A DNA stretch of 64,000 bases from a virus, in the IMG/VR virus record IMGVR_UViG_3300042879_003994, positions 9,793 to 73,792 of that record. The stretch is one strand, 5' to 3'. A program made the position numbers and the translations under genes. Below the pieces are notes generated by a model. The model was not told the origin of the DNA. It did not search any database and was given only the letters and a program-made list of their open reading frames with translations. Shown here in pieces: positions 55,036 to 64,000 of this stretch (the first letter of the stretch is position 1; every line of letters begins with the position of its first letter).

Positions 55036-58000
55036 CCTATCTTTTTATATACCGCGCTACTTAATAAACCGCCAGGTCTTTGCTGTTCTGTAATAACCCT
55101 AATAACCTGTGTCCTAACTTTCTCTGCTAGTTCTTTAGTTCTTTCGGCCTCTTGCCTTTGTTCTTCAAATACATTTGTCTGAGTCGTCTCACTCGTAACT
55201 CTATCTTGATTTAAATTAACTGTAACACTAACATTATTAACTGGAGAATAAGCACTAGTTTGGTCTTGAGAGTCCATATTTCCAACAGATCCGCCATTGG
55301 CAAATCTTTTAACTCTTCCAGAATTTAAATCATCAAAGAATTTTTTACCATAAAGATTGACGGCTTCTCTACGCATCACAAATTCTCCACCCATTAACAT
55401 CGCTGGTACATTATCTGTGTTTTGACCACCGCCAGCAAATCGTCTTATTTCTCCTCCATTCTTTGCGAAGGCCAATCCAGCTGCGCCAGCACCTAATAAA
55501 GCCTGATACCATCCTCCTCTTGATCTTGCGCTCGTTTGAGTATTATACTGATCTTGAATTTCTCTATTTAATCTAATATTTTCTTCTAGGGCTTCTTTAT
55601 TGGCAATATTTACACCCTCAACATAATTAAGATAATTCATTAAATTTGATTCTCTATCTTCTCTTATCTTATTTTGTGGATTGTTTGGATCAAGGATAGC
55701 TCTAAGACTTAATCTTGGATCAATCATATTTGCTCCACCAGTAGGATAAAGCGGATCGTTATATCTATAAACATTCTGTCCTAAAAATTGAAGTTCGCCA
55801 CCGCCAGCAAATTTTGGTATCATACCTCCATTTATCATCCCTAATAAGCCTGTGCCATATTTATTAACTGCACTTTTTCTAATTACATACTCCCCAGCGT
55901 TGAGCATCGCTGGTACATCGTCTCTTGTTCCAGAACCTCCTGTTACAGATCCACCAGAAGAATAGCCTTTGACTTTTCCTCCTTTATTAAAACCAAATAG
56001 GTTGCCTAATAGTCCACCTCCTCCACCACCACCGCCAAAGATATTACTTGTACTACCAAACAATTTTCCAAATATAAGATTTGTTGAGAATTCTAATGCA
56101 AGCTGCTGTACTTTATTGGCAATATTATTAGCAAATTGAGTAAAGGCATCACTAGCTGTAGCTGTGCCATTAGCAAAAGATAAGAAAGCATTATTAAATT
56201 CGCTTTTAATTGTTCTAGCGGTTTCTTTGGCTCCAAGTTGGGCTTCTCTAAAAGAATCCTCTGTTCTATAATCGAACTCATCAAAGAATGCAGCAGGAAA
56301 ATCTTCAAGTTGAGTTTGGCCACCTAATATTCTATTTTCTCTAGCAGTTTGTCTAGTTCCTCTAAAATCTTCGGCAAACATTAATCCTCTAGCTCTTTGA
56401 TTTAGAGCTATTAGTTCTTCCTGAGTGCCTTGAACTGTAAGAATGAATTTATCTAAATCTTTTACTCCGTTTTGTAGTAAATTATTAGTTTGTTCTATAA
56501 ATTTAGCATTTACTTTTCTTCTTTCTGTTTCATTAAGTATTGTCTTGTATATTCCTTCTTGAGTATCTAAGACCTTTCCAGCAACAATACGATTTGCATT
56601 TAAATCTTTATTTGTATCTAATACTGTTCTTGCATATTCATTTAATGCCTCTGGATTTAATGATTGTGCAAATTTTAGAGCTGCTTCATTTGAAGAAGAT
56701 ACATCACCAGCTAATTGTGCTCGTCTTAAAATATCGGCTTTTGTAAATCTTAGTGTTTTTTCTAATTCTTTATTATAGCTTTTTGTTGTTACGCCTAATT
56801 GCTTTAATACATCAGCTAAAGCTTGACTACCTGAATCTGCACTTTCGAAAGAAAGTTTTTCTAATTCGGTTAAAACTTCTACTACATTTTCTAGTGGAAC
56901 TCCTGCTCGAACTAATAAATTTCTTATTGGATTTAAAATTAAATTTGTTTCTTTTACTAGCTCTTCTTCGGCTGGGCTTGCTGCTCCAGATGGTCTTCTA
57001 GTAATACCAAGAGCTAGATCTTCTTCTGATATCCCGCCAACAGATCTTCCAATTACAGGAGTACCAACGCCTAACCTTTGATTTCTTTCGATTAAAGATG
57101 TTAAGGCCTGAGATAAATCTTGACTGAATTTTTGTCTTAATTCTGGTCTTTCTAGAATCTCTGTTCTTAGCGCTGTACCTCGACCAGTTCTTAACTCAAG
57201 TATAGCATTAGTAAATTTATTTAATTCATCTCCAGTTAATTGTTTATCTTTTGTCAATTCCAATATATTAGATAAACTTTCAGTATTTGATGCATTTGTT
57301 TGAAGCGCAACTTGAACTGCTCCAATCTTTTGTTGAATATCTTGTAAATTGCCTCCTTCAATTGCTGATTTTAATCCTCCTAATAATTTCTCTGGAGTAT
57401 TGGCTAATATTGTCGCTAAAGCTTCATTACTTTGAGTTAATACTCTTTGCCTCTCATTATCTTCTAATTCATCTGATTTTAATTTTTCTAAAGAAGTATT
57501 ATAGTCTACAACAGCAGAAGAAAATACTTGTAGTTTATCTTTATTTTCCTCAATACTTTTATCTAATTTATCTTGCGTTTGATTATTTTTATTTAAAATG
57601 TTATAGAGGGCAAGGGCTGCGCCAGCCAAAGTAGCTAATATACCAGCTTTTTTACCAAATATGCTTCCACTTAATCCAAAAGATAAAGCTTTAGTAGCAA
57701 CATCTAGCGCGTCAGTAGCTTTATTTTGACCACCAACTAATTCTTTTAAAGTTTCATTTATTATTGGAACGCCTATAGAGAGAGCCAATAAAGCTCTGCT
57801 TCCAATTACAGCGCCACCAGCTAATAATGGTGCAACAAAGTTTGGAATAAAACCACCAGCTGCGCCAGCAGTTTTAGCTTTCCCGCCATATCTTCCTATC
57901 CCTTGGCCTAAACCTAAAGGTTCATCTTTTGTATTATATACTCCCAAACCAAGTGGATTTGAAGCAGAAGTTAATCTGCGATCTTGACCAATTCTTACTT

Positions 58001-60632
58001 TAGCTGGAGATACTCCTGCCATAATTTCTCTATCAATAGCTTCATTTAATGCAGAAAAATTAGGAATAAATCCTCCAGATTTATTTTTATAACGAGCGAT
58101 TTTATCATTTAGAAATCCAGATAAGAATGCTTTTCTCGCTACGTCATTAAGTAAATCTTGATTTACAGAACCTTTAGCTTCATACCCACCAGGCATGAAG
58201 TTAAATAATTCTTTAAGATTTCTATTTGGAAATGGAAAATCTATTAGAGCAGATTGACCACCTTCGCGAGGCTTAAAACTTTTCGTAGCGAAAGCTACGG
58301 CAGTTTCAAAAACTGTTCCCACAATAGATTTAAATGATCCTGCATTAGCTAATTGATTGATACTTGTAATTTTTGGAAACTGACCATTTGATAATTGAGA
58401 GATATAACCATTGACAAATTGAACAATATTTTTTGCTAAAGATTCTTCTAGTACGGCATCTTCTGGTCTAATCGCAGTCTTTTCATTGAAACCAGATTTA
58501 TTAAACGAAACACGATACCTATTTCCTTGAGGATCTGTAAATGCTCCAGTGCCTATTGAAACTCCAGTTTTTGCTGGATATATCATAGATAATTTTGAAG
58601 TAAATCCTAAATTTCTTTCTTGTTTTAATGATTGAACTCTTGCTGGTCCCAAAGCTTTATCTATAGCAGTTTTTCCATATCTGTTAGATAGTACCGATCT
58701 ACTATAATTTCTTTTTAGCGCCTCTTCTAATGGTAAATTAGGTGGTATTCTAGCAAAATTTGGTATAAATCCATTACTTGCATATGGATTAAAACCATAT
58801 ACTGAACCAAATGCATCCTTGTAATTTTTTCCAGCCATACTTTGACTAGGAGGCATAATCGCTGGTTGAGATAATCCTGGAAATCTTCTTACTTTTTCCG
58901 CAGAATTATAAGTTATAGAGCCTTCTCCAGGTATGTTCATTCTACGAACATATCCAGGAGAATAACCACCAGCTAATGCTCCTAATATTTCTGAACTTGC
59001 AAAATTTGGAATAAAACCTTGGCTTTTAGCTTTTAATGTTCCACCTCTTGTAGTAACTCCTCTCCCAGCAAGACCTCCGGCTATCGTGGCGGAAAGAGCA
59101 GCAGCTCTTTCTCTTTCTATAGTCTGTTGTCTAATAATATTTAAAATTTTATTCTCAACATCTAAAACACTAATTTGTTTATTATAAACAGCCTGAACAA
59201 GAGCGGGCTCTTGAGCAAGTACTTGATTTATTTTGGTTTGTATTTGAGCACGTTCCTGAGCTTTTACATTAATATTTAAAATAGTTTGTAATGAATCTGC
59301 AGCAAATTTTCCTAAATTGATTAATAATTTTCCTAATACTGCAGTAGCCAATACTACTCCAGGACCACTTATAAATTCCCCGATTCCCTCTAAGATGCCT
59401 CTTCCAATTCTACCTCCAGTAGTCTTTGAGTCAACGTCTAATTGTTCTAATCCTCTATTTAATAACTCCAATAGATTTTCAAATGTAGGTTGAAATGATA
59501 TCCTTCCTATGTCTGCTCCAACTTTAGTTAGATTTACAAATGTTTTATTAATTAAAGCTGATAATGTTTGATTTAAGGCTTCGTTTCTGAGGACGGCTTC
59601 ATTTGTTGAACTAGATGAAACTTTTAGTGCATTATTATATACAGAATATTCTTTACCTAAATCAGCCAAAGCAGCTCTTAAAATGTTTATCTGGAAGACT
59701 CCACCAACCTGCTCCGCAACTTGCGACCTTTGCGTATCACCTAAAGTGTTAAATGTTGTTGCGAGATTAGATAATATCTGAATTGCAGGTAAAGTATTAC
59801 CTTCTATAGTTCTGACTTGAATACCCAATTCTTCAAGCGCATCTAACGTATCCGTTCTTTGAATTCTAGTGAAAATTGTTTTAAGAGAGTTTCCAATTAC
59901 AGCACCACCTCTAGCAGTAGTTTGCTGAACGCTTGTTACGATAGCTAATAGTTCATCAAAATCAACACCTACGTCTTGTGCAGAACTACCGACTCGTTTA
60001 ATAGCTTCTGCAAGGTCAGCGCTACTTACAGCAAATGCAGCGTCAACATTAGCTAATTTATTAATAATGATGGTTGAATCTAGAGCAGCATTACTAAAAC
60101 TGTTAATTGTAGCTGTAAGAGCTTCTACTGATGCAATTGTATCTAAACCACTTAAACGAGTTAAAATTAATGCATCTCTAGTTCTTTTTAAAGTTTCTTC
60201 TAAGCCTAAACCTTGACGAGAGAATTCGGTGGCAGCTTGTGCAACTGTATCAAATGTTTGAGCTGTATCTCTAGCTACAGAAAATAAACCATTTCCAAAT
60301 TTTTGTAAACTATCTGTACTAACATTTAAAATAACATTAATGTCTGTTAGTGATTTTTGTACTTCTATTGTGCTTCTAACTAATGATGTAAAAGCTCTTT
60401 CTACTCCAAATATTAAACCTGCACTTGCACCGAAGGCAATAACACGAGCATTAGATGCGTCTAATGATTTTTGAAATTCATTTGCTGCTCCAGTAATTCT
60501 ACCAAGAGGCTGAGTAAAAGCTTTCTCATTTAGACCTTTAAATTTAAAGTCTCTACCCAAGGCCCTTTGAATATCTCTTTCGAGTTGCCTTGTATCTGCA
60601 CCTACAGAAATTGTAGCCGAAGTCCTAGCCAT
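55032..60632 (-). CDS. Tape measure protein with internal repeat-bounded modules
   Basis: TP901-like TMP N-terminal region (GNSLKTIFTRI), helical A/L/E-rich body, DxVPAMLxxGE motifs, 4x GFIPNF; GTGTAA at 60657-60662. Confidence 0.9.
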   Translation of the reverse strand: MARTSATISVGADTRQLERDIQRALGRDFKFKGLNEKAFTQPLGRITGAANEFQKSLDASNARVIAFGASAGLIFGVERAFTSLVRSTIEVQKSLTDINVILNVSTDSLQKFGNGLFSVARDTAQTFDTVAQAATEFSRQGLGLEETLKRTRDALILTRLSGLDTIASVEALTATINSFSNAALDSTIIINKLANVDAAFAVSSADLAEAIKRVGSSAQDVGVDFDELLAIVTSVQQTTARGGAVIGNSLKTIFTRIQRTDTLDALEELGIQVRTIEGNTLPAIQILSNLATTFNTLGDTQRSQVAEQVGGVFQINILRAALADLGKEYSVYNNALKVSSSSTNEAVLRNEALNQTLSALINKTFVNLTKVGADIGRISFQPTFENLLELLNRGLEQLDVDSKTTGGRIGRGILEGIGEFISGPGVVLATAVLGKLLINLGKFAADSLQTILNINVKAQERAQIQTKINQVLAQEPALVQAVYNKQISVLDVENKILNIIRQQTIERERAAALSATIAGGLAGRGVTTRGGTLKAKSQGFIPNFASSEILGALAGGYSPGYVRRMNIPGEGSITYNSAEKVRRFPGLSQPAIMPPSQSMAGKNYKDAFGSVYGFNPYASNGFIPNFARIPPNLPLEEALKRNYSRSVLSNRYGKTAIDKALGPARVQSLKQERNLGFTSKLSMIYPAKTGVSIGTGAFTDPQGNRYRVSFNKSGFNEKTAIRPEDAVLEESLAKNIVQFVNGYISQLSNGQFPKITSINQLANAGSFKSIVGTVFETAVAFATKSFKPREGGQSALIDFPFPNRNLKELFNFMPGGYEAKGSVNQDLLNDVARKAFLSGFLNDKIARYKNKSGGFIPNFSALNEAIDREIMAGVSPAKVRIGQDRRLTSASNPLGLGVYNTKDEPLGLGQGIGRYGGKAKTAGAAGGFIPNFVAPLLAGGAVIGSRALLALSIGVPIINETLKELVGGQNKATDALDVATKALSFGLSGSIFGKKAGILATLAGAALALYNILNKNNQTQDKLDKSIEENKDKLQVFSSAVVDYNTSLEKLKSDELEDNERQRVLTQSNEALATILANTPEKLLGGLKSAIEGGNLQDIQQKIGAVQVALQTNASNTESLSNILELTKDKQLTGDELNKFTNAILELRTGRGTALRTEILERPELRQKFSQDLSQALTSLIERNQRLGVGTPVIGRSVGGISEEDLALGITRRPSGAASPAEEELVKETNLILNPIRNLLVRAGVPLENVVEVLTELEKLSFESADSGSQALADVLKQLGVTTKSYNKELEKTLRFTKADILRRAQLAGDVSSSNEAALKFAQSLNPEALNEYARTVLDTNKDLNANRIVAGKVLDTQEGIYKTILNETERRKVNAKFIEQTNNLLQNGVKDLDKFILTVQGTQEELIALNQRARGLMFAEDFRGTRQTARENRILGGQTQLEDFPAAFFDEFDYRTEDSFREAQLGAKETARTIKSEFNNAFLSFANGTATASDAFTQFANNIANKVQQLALEFSTNLIFGKLFGSTSNIFGGGGGGGGLLGNLFGFNKGGKVKGYSSGGSVTGGSGTRDDVPAMLNAGEYVIRKSAVNKYGTGLLGMINGGMIPKFAGGGELQFLGQNVYRYNDPLYPTGGANMIDPRLSLRAILDPNNPQNKIREDRESNLMNYLNYVEGVNIANKEALEENIRLNREIQDQYNTQTSARSRGGWYQALLGAGAAGLAFAKNGGEIRRFAGGGQNTDNVPAMLMGGEFVMRREAVNLYGKKFFDDLNSGRVKRFANGGSVGNMDSQDQTSAYSPVNNVSVTVNLNQDRVTSETTQTNVFEEQRQEAERTKELAEKVRTQVIRVITEQQRPGGLLSSAVYKKIG

Positions 60633-60690
60633 TCCTTATTCCTTTGCTATAAGAAATTACACGAAATATTGATAAATTATGATAGTATTA

Positions 60691-61698
60691 CTAATTAATT
60701 CCATGAAGCTTCATTAGATCGGCCATGCTTAATGTGCCTCCCATTTTTTCTGCTTCCTTATGCAAGCTTACGTTTTGATCGTCTGCCCCGATTTTAGCTA
60801 AGTCTTCTTTTTTTGCTCCAACTATAGAAGTTCCCACTGCTCCTTCATTGTTTTTACTTTTAGATTTATTTAATACTTCTTCGACATTTTTACTACTTTC
60901 TAACCAATCTATTAATCTTTCTGGATCATCATAATACTCATCAGCGGGTTTATGTTTTGCTTCAGATAACGCATTTTTGAAATATCTAGCGTAACCAAAA
61001 ACTTCCATTTGGTAGAATGTAAGATTAACAATTGGCTTTCCATAAAGATAATATGGGTTATCATTACATATATTAAATAGACTAAGAAAATAAGATGAAA
61101 GAGCTATTCTTTTTAAATTCTTTTCACTAAATTTTTTATTTATAATTCCATATATATTTACAATTTCTGATAAGTCTTTATTTTCTAATTCATCGAATTC
61201 TGTCTCAGAGAAGAAACGATCTATAAGGGATATATCCTTGAATAAAGAATTAAACATATAATATTCATTAATTTTTTTATTAGCATAATCTTCAACAGTA
61301 AAGCCAAGTAAATCTTTTCTTTCCGTTAACAGTGAGATTAATTTAAAATTTTCTTCTTTTATCTGTTTATTGATGTAATCGATATCATCGTTCTTAAATA
61401 ATTTTGATTTTGTAGTCTTTAGTGACAATACATATGACTTTATGTTAGCTATCTCTTTATTCTTTTCGTCAGACCAAAGTTTTTCTTTGATCAAATATTC
61501 TTCTTTTTCTTTTTCAGTAGGCAAACCATTATTTTTAGCTTTTCTTACAAAATCTTCTCTTCTATAATCAACATCTCCGGAATCAAAACTAGTATTATGT
61601 TTATAGTAGATCTTTTGATCTTTAAAAAAAGATAAGGTATATCCATTTAATATATCAATGAAAAGAAGCCTTAATTGGTTTTTATCTTGAGTTTCCAA
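60691..61698 (-). CDS. Tail assembly chaperone-like protein
   Basis: Directly upstream of the TMP; LTFYQ motif; TTG start with GGAG SD. Confidence 0.55.
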   Translation of the reverse strand: METQDKNQLRLLFIDILNGYTLSFFKDQKIYYKHNTSFDSGDVDYRREDFVRKAKNNGLPTEKEKEEYLIKEKLWSDEKNKEIANIKSYVLSLKTTKSKLFKNDDIDYINKQIKEENFKLISLLTERKDLLGFTVEDYANKKINEYYMFNSLFKDISLIDRFFSETEFDELENKDLSEIVNIYGIINKKFSEKNLKRIALSSYFLSLFNICNDNPYYLYGKPIVNLTFYQMEVFGYARYFKNALSEAKHKPADEYYDDPERLIDWLESSKNVEEVLNKSKSKNNEGAVGTSIVGAKKEDLAKIGADDQNVSLHKEAEKMGGTLSMADLMKLHGIN

Positions 61699-61701
61699 TC
61701 A

Positions 61702-62463
61702 TTATTTCTCCGAAGTAGTCTCATCTTTTTGAATCAAAGCGAGTAATTTAGAGAATTCTTCTTCTGTTGCGGCCCTGCCAATATACCAGAAGCTAATAAG
61801 ATATAATAGTTTTTGCAAAGCTATCTTCTCTATATTAAATTCTGATTCTTCAATCTCATCGTATCTCTTAAGTTTTTCTTCATAAGAACCTTCTCCGAAA
61901 AGCTCTTTTAGTTTTTTATCTTCACCTTCGATTAAGCTTAATTGTAAAACCCACCACATGATTGTTTTATTTCTTGCTCTGTTCTCGGCGGTTTGCTCGA
62001 ATAAATTAGCTTGAGCCATTTCATACTTTTGCAACAAATCTCTAGCGTCATTCATTTCATTTATAACTTTTTGTAGAGCCTCTTTTTCCTCACTGTTTCT
62101 AAGAGCTTCCTCTTTCATAGAAAGCTTTTGGAATTCACTTTGAAGATTAAAGAAATTATTGTATAAATTATTATACTCTTTTTGCTCTTCATCGCTCAAA
62201 ACTCCACCATCATTATTAAATCTTTTAGCCAATAGAGCCCTAGTTAATAGACCAGCCTTAATACCCTCTGATAGTTTAACGCCATAAAATAATTCAGCTT
62301 CATCAAACAAGCTTCTTGTTGGTTTCTTAATACCAAGTTTTACTGGTACTGTAGTTTTAACTTTAGATGTTACTTTAACTTCCTCTCCTTTTTCATTAGT
62401 AGAGACATCTACTTTTTCTATTTCCTTCTCATGGTAAACATCGAATGTAAACATTGTTTTCAT
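61702..62463 (-). CDS. Tail assembly chaperone-like protein
   Basis: Between tube and TMP; acidic coiled coil, IKKPTR. Confidence 0.55.
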   Translation of the reverse strand: MKTMFTFDVYHEKEIEKVDVSTNEKGEEVKVTSKVKTTVPVKLGIKKPTRSLFDEAELFYGVKLSEGIKAGLLTRALLAKRFNNDGGVLSDEEQKEYNNLYNNFFNLQSEFQKLSMKEEALRNSEEKEALQKVINEMNDARDLLQKYEMAQANLFEQTAENRARNKTIMWWVLQLSLIEGEDKKLKELFGEGSYEEKLKRYDEIEESEFNIEKIALQKLLYLISFWYIGRAATEEEFSKLLALIQKDETTSEK

Positions 62464-62735
62464 ATTTTTTCTCCATTATTCTCAATAATTTCATTTAAAT
62501 ACTTCTTTATCTTTCCATAATAAACAACGCCGCCAATTGTTTTAATAAATAGGTGTCTTTTCTCATCGTTCCAATCTCTATAACTCTTAATAAAGTTAGG
62601 ATTTTTGAAGATAGTTAAACTTGGATTAGAGATACCGAATTTATCCTTAAGATTTTTCTGTATGCTTTGAACAGAGAGGCTATTCTCTAAAATCTGATCA
62701 ATGCTAAAATTATAATTTATTTTTTTAATTTTCAT
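62460..62735 (-). CDS. Hypothetical protein
   Basis: ATGA-coupled ORF. Confidence 0.65.
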   Translation of the reverse strand: MKIKKINYNFSIDQILENSLSVQSIQKNLKDKFGISNPSLTIFKNPNFIKSYRDWNDEKRHLFIKTIGGVVYYGKIKKYLNEIIENNGEKI

Positions 62736-62956
62736 TTTATTGATATGTTTAATTTGGTGAAACTTTCTTCTATTTCTCTTATAGCGTCATTTGCGTTATC
62801 AAGGACTCTTTTACGTATTTTTTGATAAGTTTCATCATTTATATTATAACCAGAATCACTTAAATCTTCAAGAATAAAAAAGAAATTCTTGTAAATATTC
62901 GTAATTTTTCTCTTTATTTGAAAAAGAGTAATATCTTTAATTGGATCATTCTCCAT
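62732..62956 (-). CDS. Hypothetical protein
   Basis: AAGGT SD; GTGTAA at 62995-63000. Confidence 0.65.
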   Translation of the reverse strand: MENDPIKDITLFQIKRKITNIYKNFFFILEDLSDSGYNINDETYQKIRKRVLDNANDAIREIEESFTKLNISIK

Positions 62957-63002
62957 AATTTTACCTTTATTTTAACCTTTAACCTTAACTTAAGTTACAC
63001 CT

Positions 63003-63039
63003 AAAAAAAAATAACCCCCGCAAAACGCGAGGGTTATTT
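63003..63039 (-). terminator. Rho-independent terminator after the tail tube gene
   Basis: Minus strand AATAACCCTCGC-GTTTT-GCGGGGGTTATT followed by a T run. Confidence 0.85.
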
Positions 63040-63061
63040 CATTTATAATATAATTTAAATA

Positions 63062-64000
63062 TTATGCAAGACCACTAATGAATAATCCATTTAGAGTATC
63101 TTGAGGACCACCTACTTGAGTACTGAATGTCAATGTTACTGATTTATTAGTTCCGATATCGGAGCTAAATTCTTGACTATCAAGCTTGGCGCCCTTTAGT
63201 TTGAATTGTGCTACTGTAGCTCTTGAGGTTTCGCAACCTGGAGCCTTAATTGTAACAGTTGGATTATATGTTGCAGTATCATTACATACTAATTCAGCAA
63301 TATTACCAGTTATGATATCTGTTACTTGAGCATCTACGCTTAATGTTACTGTTAGTGGGAAATCAATTGGACGAGCGAAAGCAAATTTGCTTCCGAGCTT
63401 CTCAATTGGAGTACGAGCCAAGTCAAAGCTCAATGTGTAGCTTTGAATATTCATTGTTGTTACGTCGGCTCCTCCACCAGTTGTTTGAGGAATACTTAGG
63501 GTAATATCTCCTGGGCGAAGTGCGCTAATACCACTAGCAGAACTTCCACCAACATTTTGAAGGGCTACTGGTAATTGATAATAATTTGGTAGTGAACTAC
63601 CATCAGCAGGATTGACTGCTGGAACAAAGTTACCACTAATTCCCTTTTGGAAATTCATGTTAAGACCTTCAACATTAATTGTTGTTGTTGGGAAGTTACC
63701 AACAGATCCTTCTGTTGAATAAGAACTAATGAATCCGTTTCCTACACCAATAACGCCGTTGCTGGCTGCACTAGAATCAGTAAAGCCTACAGCATCACTT
63801 CCTTCTGGTACTGTGCGGATAAAGTAATTTCTCTCGTCTTGAGTTGCATTCAAGAATCCGGAGATTGCAGAAATTTCGCTAGGAGATCCACCGCTTGCAA
63901 TTGTAAATCCTAAGAGATTTTCATTAGCAAGATTAGCGAGAACATAACTAAAATCTAAAGCAACAGTTGGATTTGTTAGGATTACGCGATCAATTGCTGC
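63062..64000 (-). CDS. Major tail tube protein (5' truncated by window end)
   Basis: Frame is open to 64000 (AAIDRVILTNPTVALDFSY...); S/T/G-rich beta protein upstream of chaperones and TMP, followed by a strong terminator. Confidence 0.75.
   Translation of the reverse strand, partial: AAIDRVILTNPTVALDFSYVLANLANENLLGFTIASGGSPSEISAISGFLNATQDERNYFIRTVPEGSDAVGFTDSSAASNGVIGVGNGFISSYSTEGSVGNFPTTTINVEGLNMNFQKGISGNFVPAVNPADGSSLPNYYQLPVALQNVGGSSASGISALRPGDITLSIPQTTGGGADVTTMNIQSYTLSFDLARTPIEKLGSKFAFARPIDFPLTVTLSVDAQVTDIITGNIAELVCNDTATYNPTVTIKAPGCETSRATVAQFKLKGAKLDSQEFSSDIGTNKSVTLTFSTQVGGPQDTLNGLFISGLA

Noticed and set aside
1589-57634. Short overlapping ORFs in the track (e.g. 1589, 1638, 3532, 5253, 6020, 11874, 14652, 15544, 16268, 21200, 22818, 28341, 29286, 29840, 30174, 32223, 39377, 41327, 49762, 50217, 50608, 54063, 56093, 56540, 56753, 57287)
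   Set aside because: They are antisense or out-of-frame shadows lying within well-supported genes, with no motifs or expression signals
61690-61710. Programmed frameshift or readthrough joining the two tail chaperone ORFs
   Set aside because: The ORFs are in the same frame but separated by two stops (TAA TGA), and the second has its own GGAG SD and TTG start; no clear slippery site seen at the junction
1-64000. Stop-codon reassignment
   Set aside because: Conserved genes are full length in code 11, and TAA, TAG and TGA all end genes

Overview
This window is an internal segment of a large, very AT-rich tailed phage genome with a lambda/T5-like tail tip. It uses standard code 11 and is almost fully coding. 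Layout: (i) 1-11.4 kb holds nucleotide-metabolism and transcription genes: purA (partial), an IMPDH/GMP-reductase-family enzyme, dCMP deaminase, dNMP kinase, a sigma factor and nrdAB. (ii) 11.4-14.9 kb holds small genes, a candidate structured ncRNA with its own promoter, and a tmRNA. (iii) 14.9-29.3 kb is a 16-gene glycan biosynthesis and glycosyltransferase cluster. (iv) 29.3-44.1 kb is the replication/recombination module: RecA, DnaB, ThyX, primase, a Cas4-like nuclease, a split DnaE with a separate DEDDh exonuclease, a Rad52-like annealase and further glycosyltransferases. (v) 44.1-64 kb is the tail module: M-L-K-I-J tip genes, tape measure, chaperones and tube. Two promoter classes are visible: sigma70-type promoters giving leaderless or very short leaders, and a GTGTAA motif in front of virion and other presumed late genes. 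The strongest novelty candidates are a PD-(D/E)XK-like cargo domain bracketed by GFIPNF repeats inside the tape measure protein, the ~330-nt ncRNA, two Cys-rich paralogs sharing a 116-bp perfect inverted repeat next to a membrane CxxC protein, and a GT17-GT25-GT11-GT10 / 3,6-dideoxyhexose glycan pathway. All family assignments come from motif recognition by eye; no searches were run.
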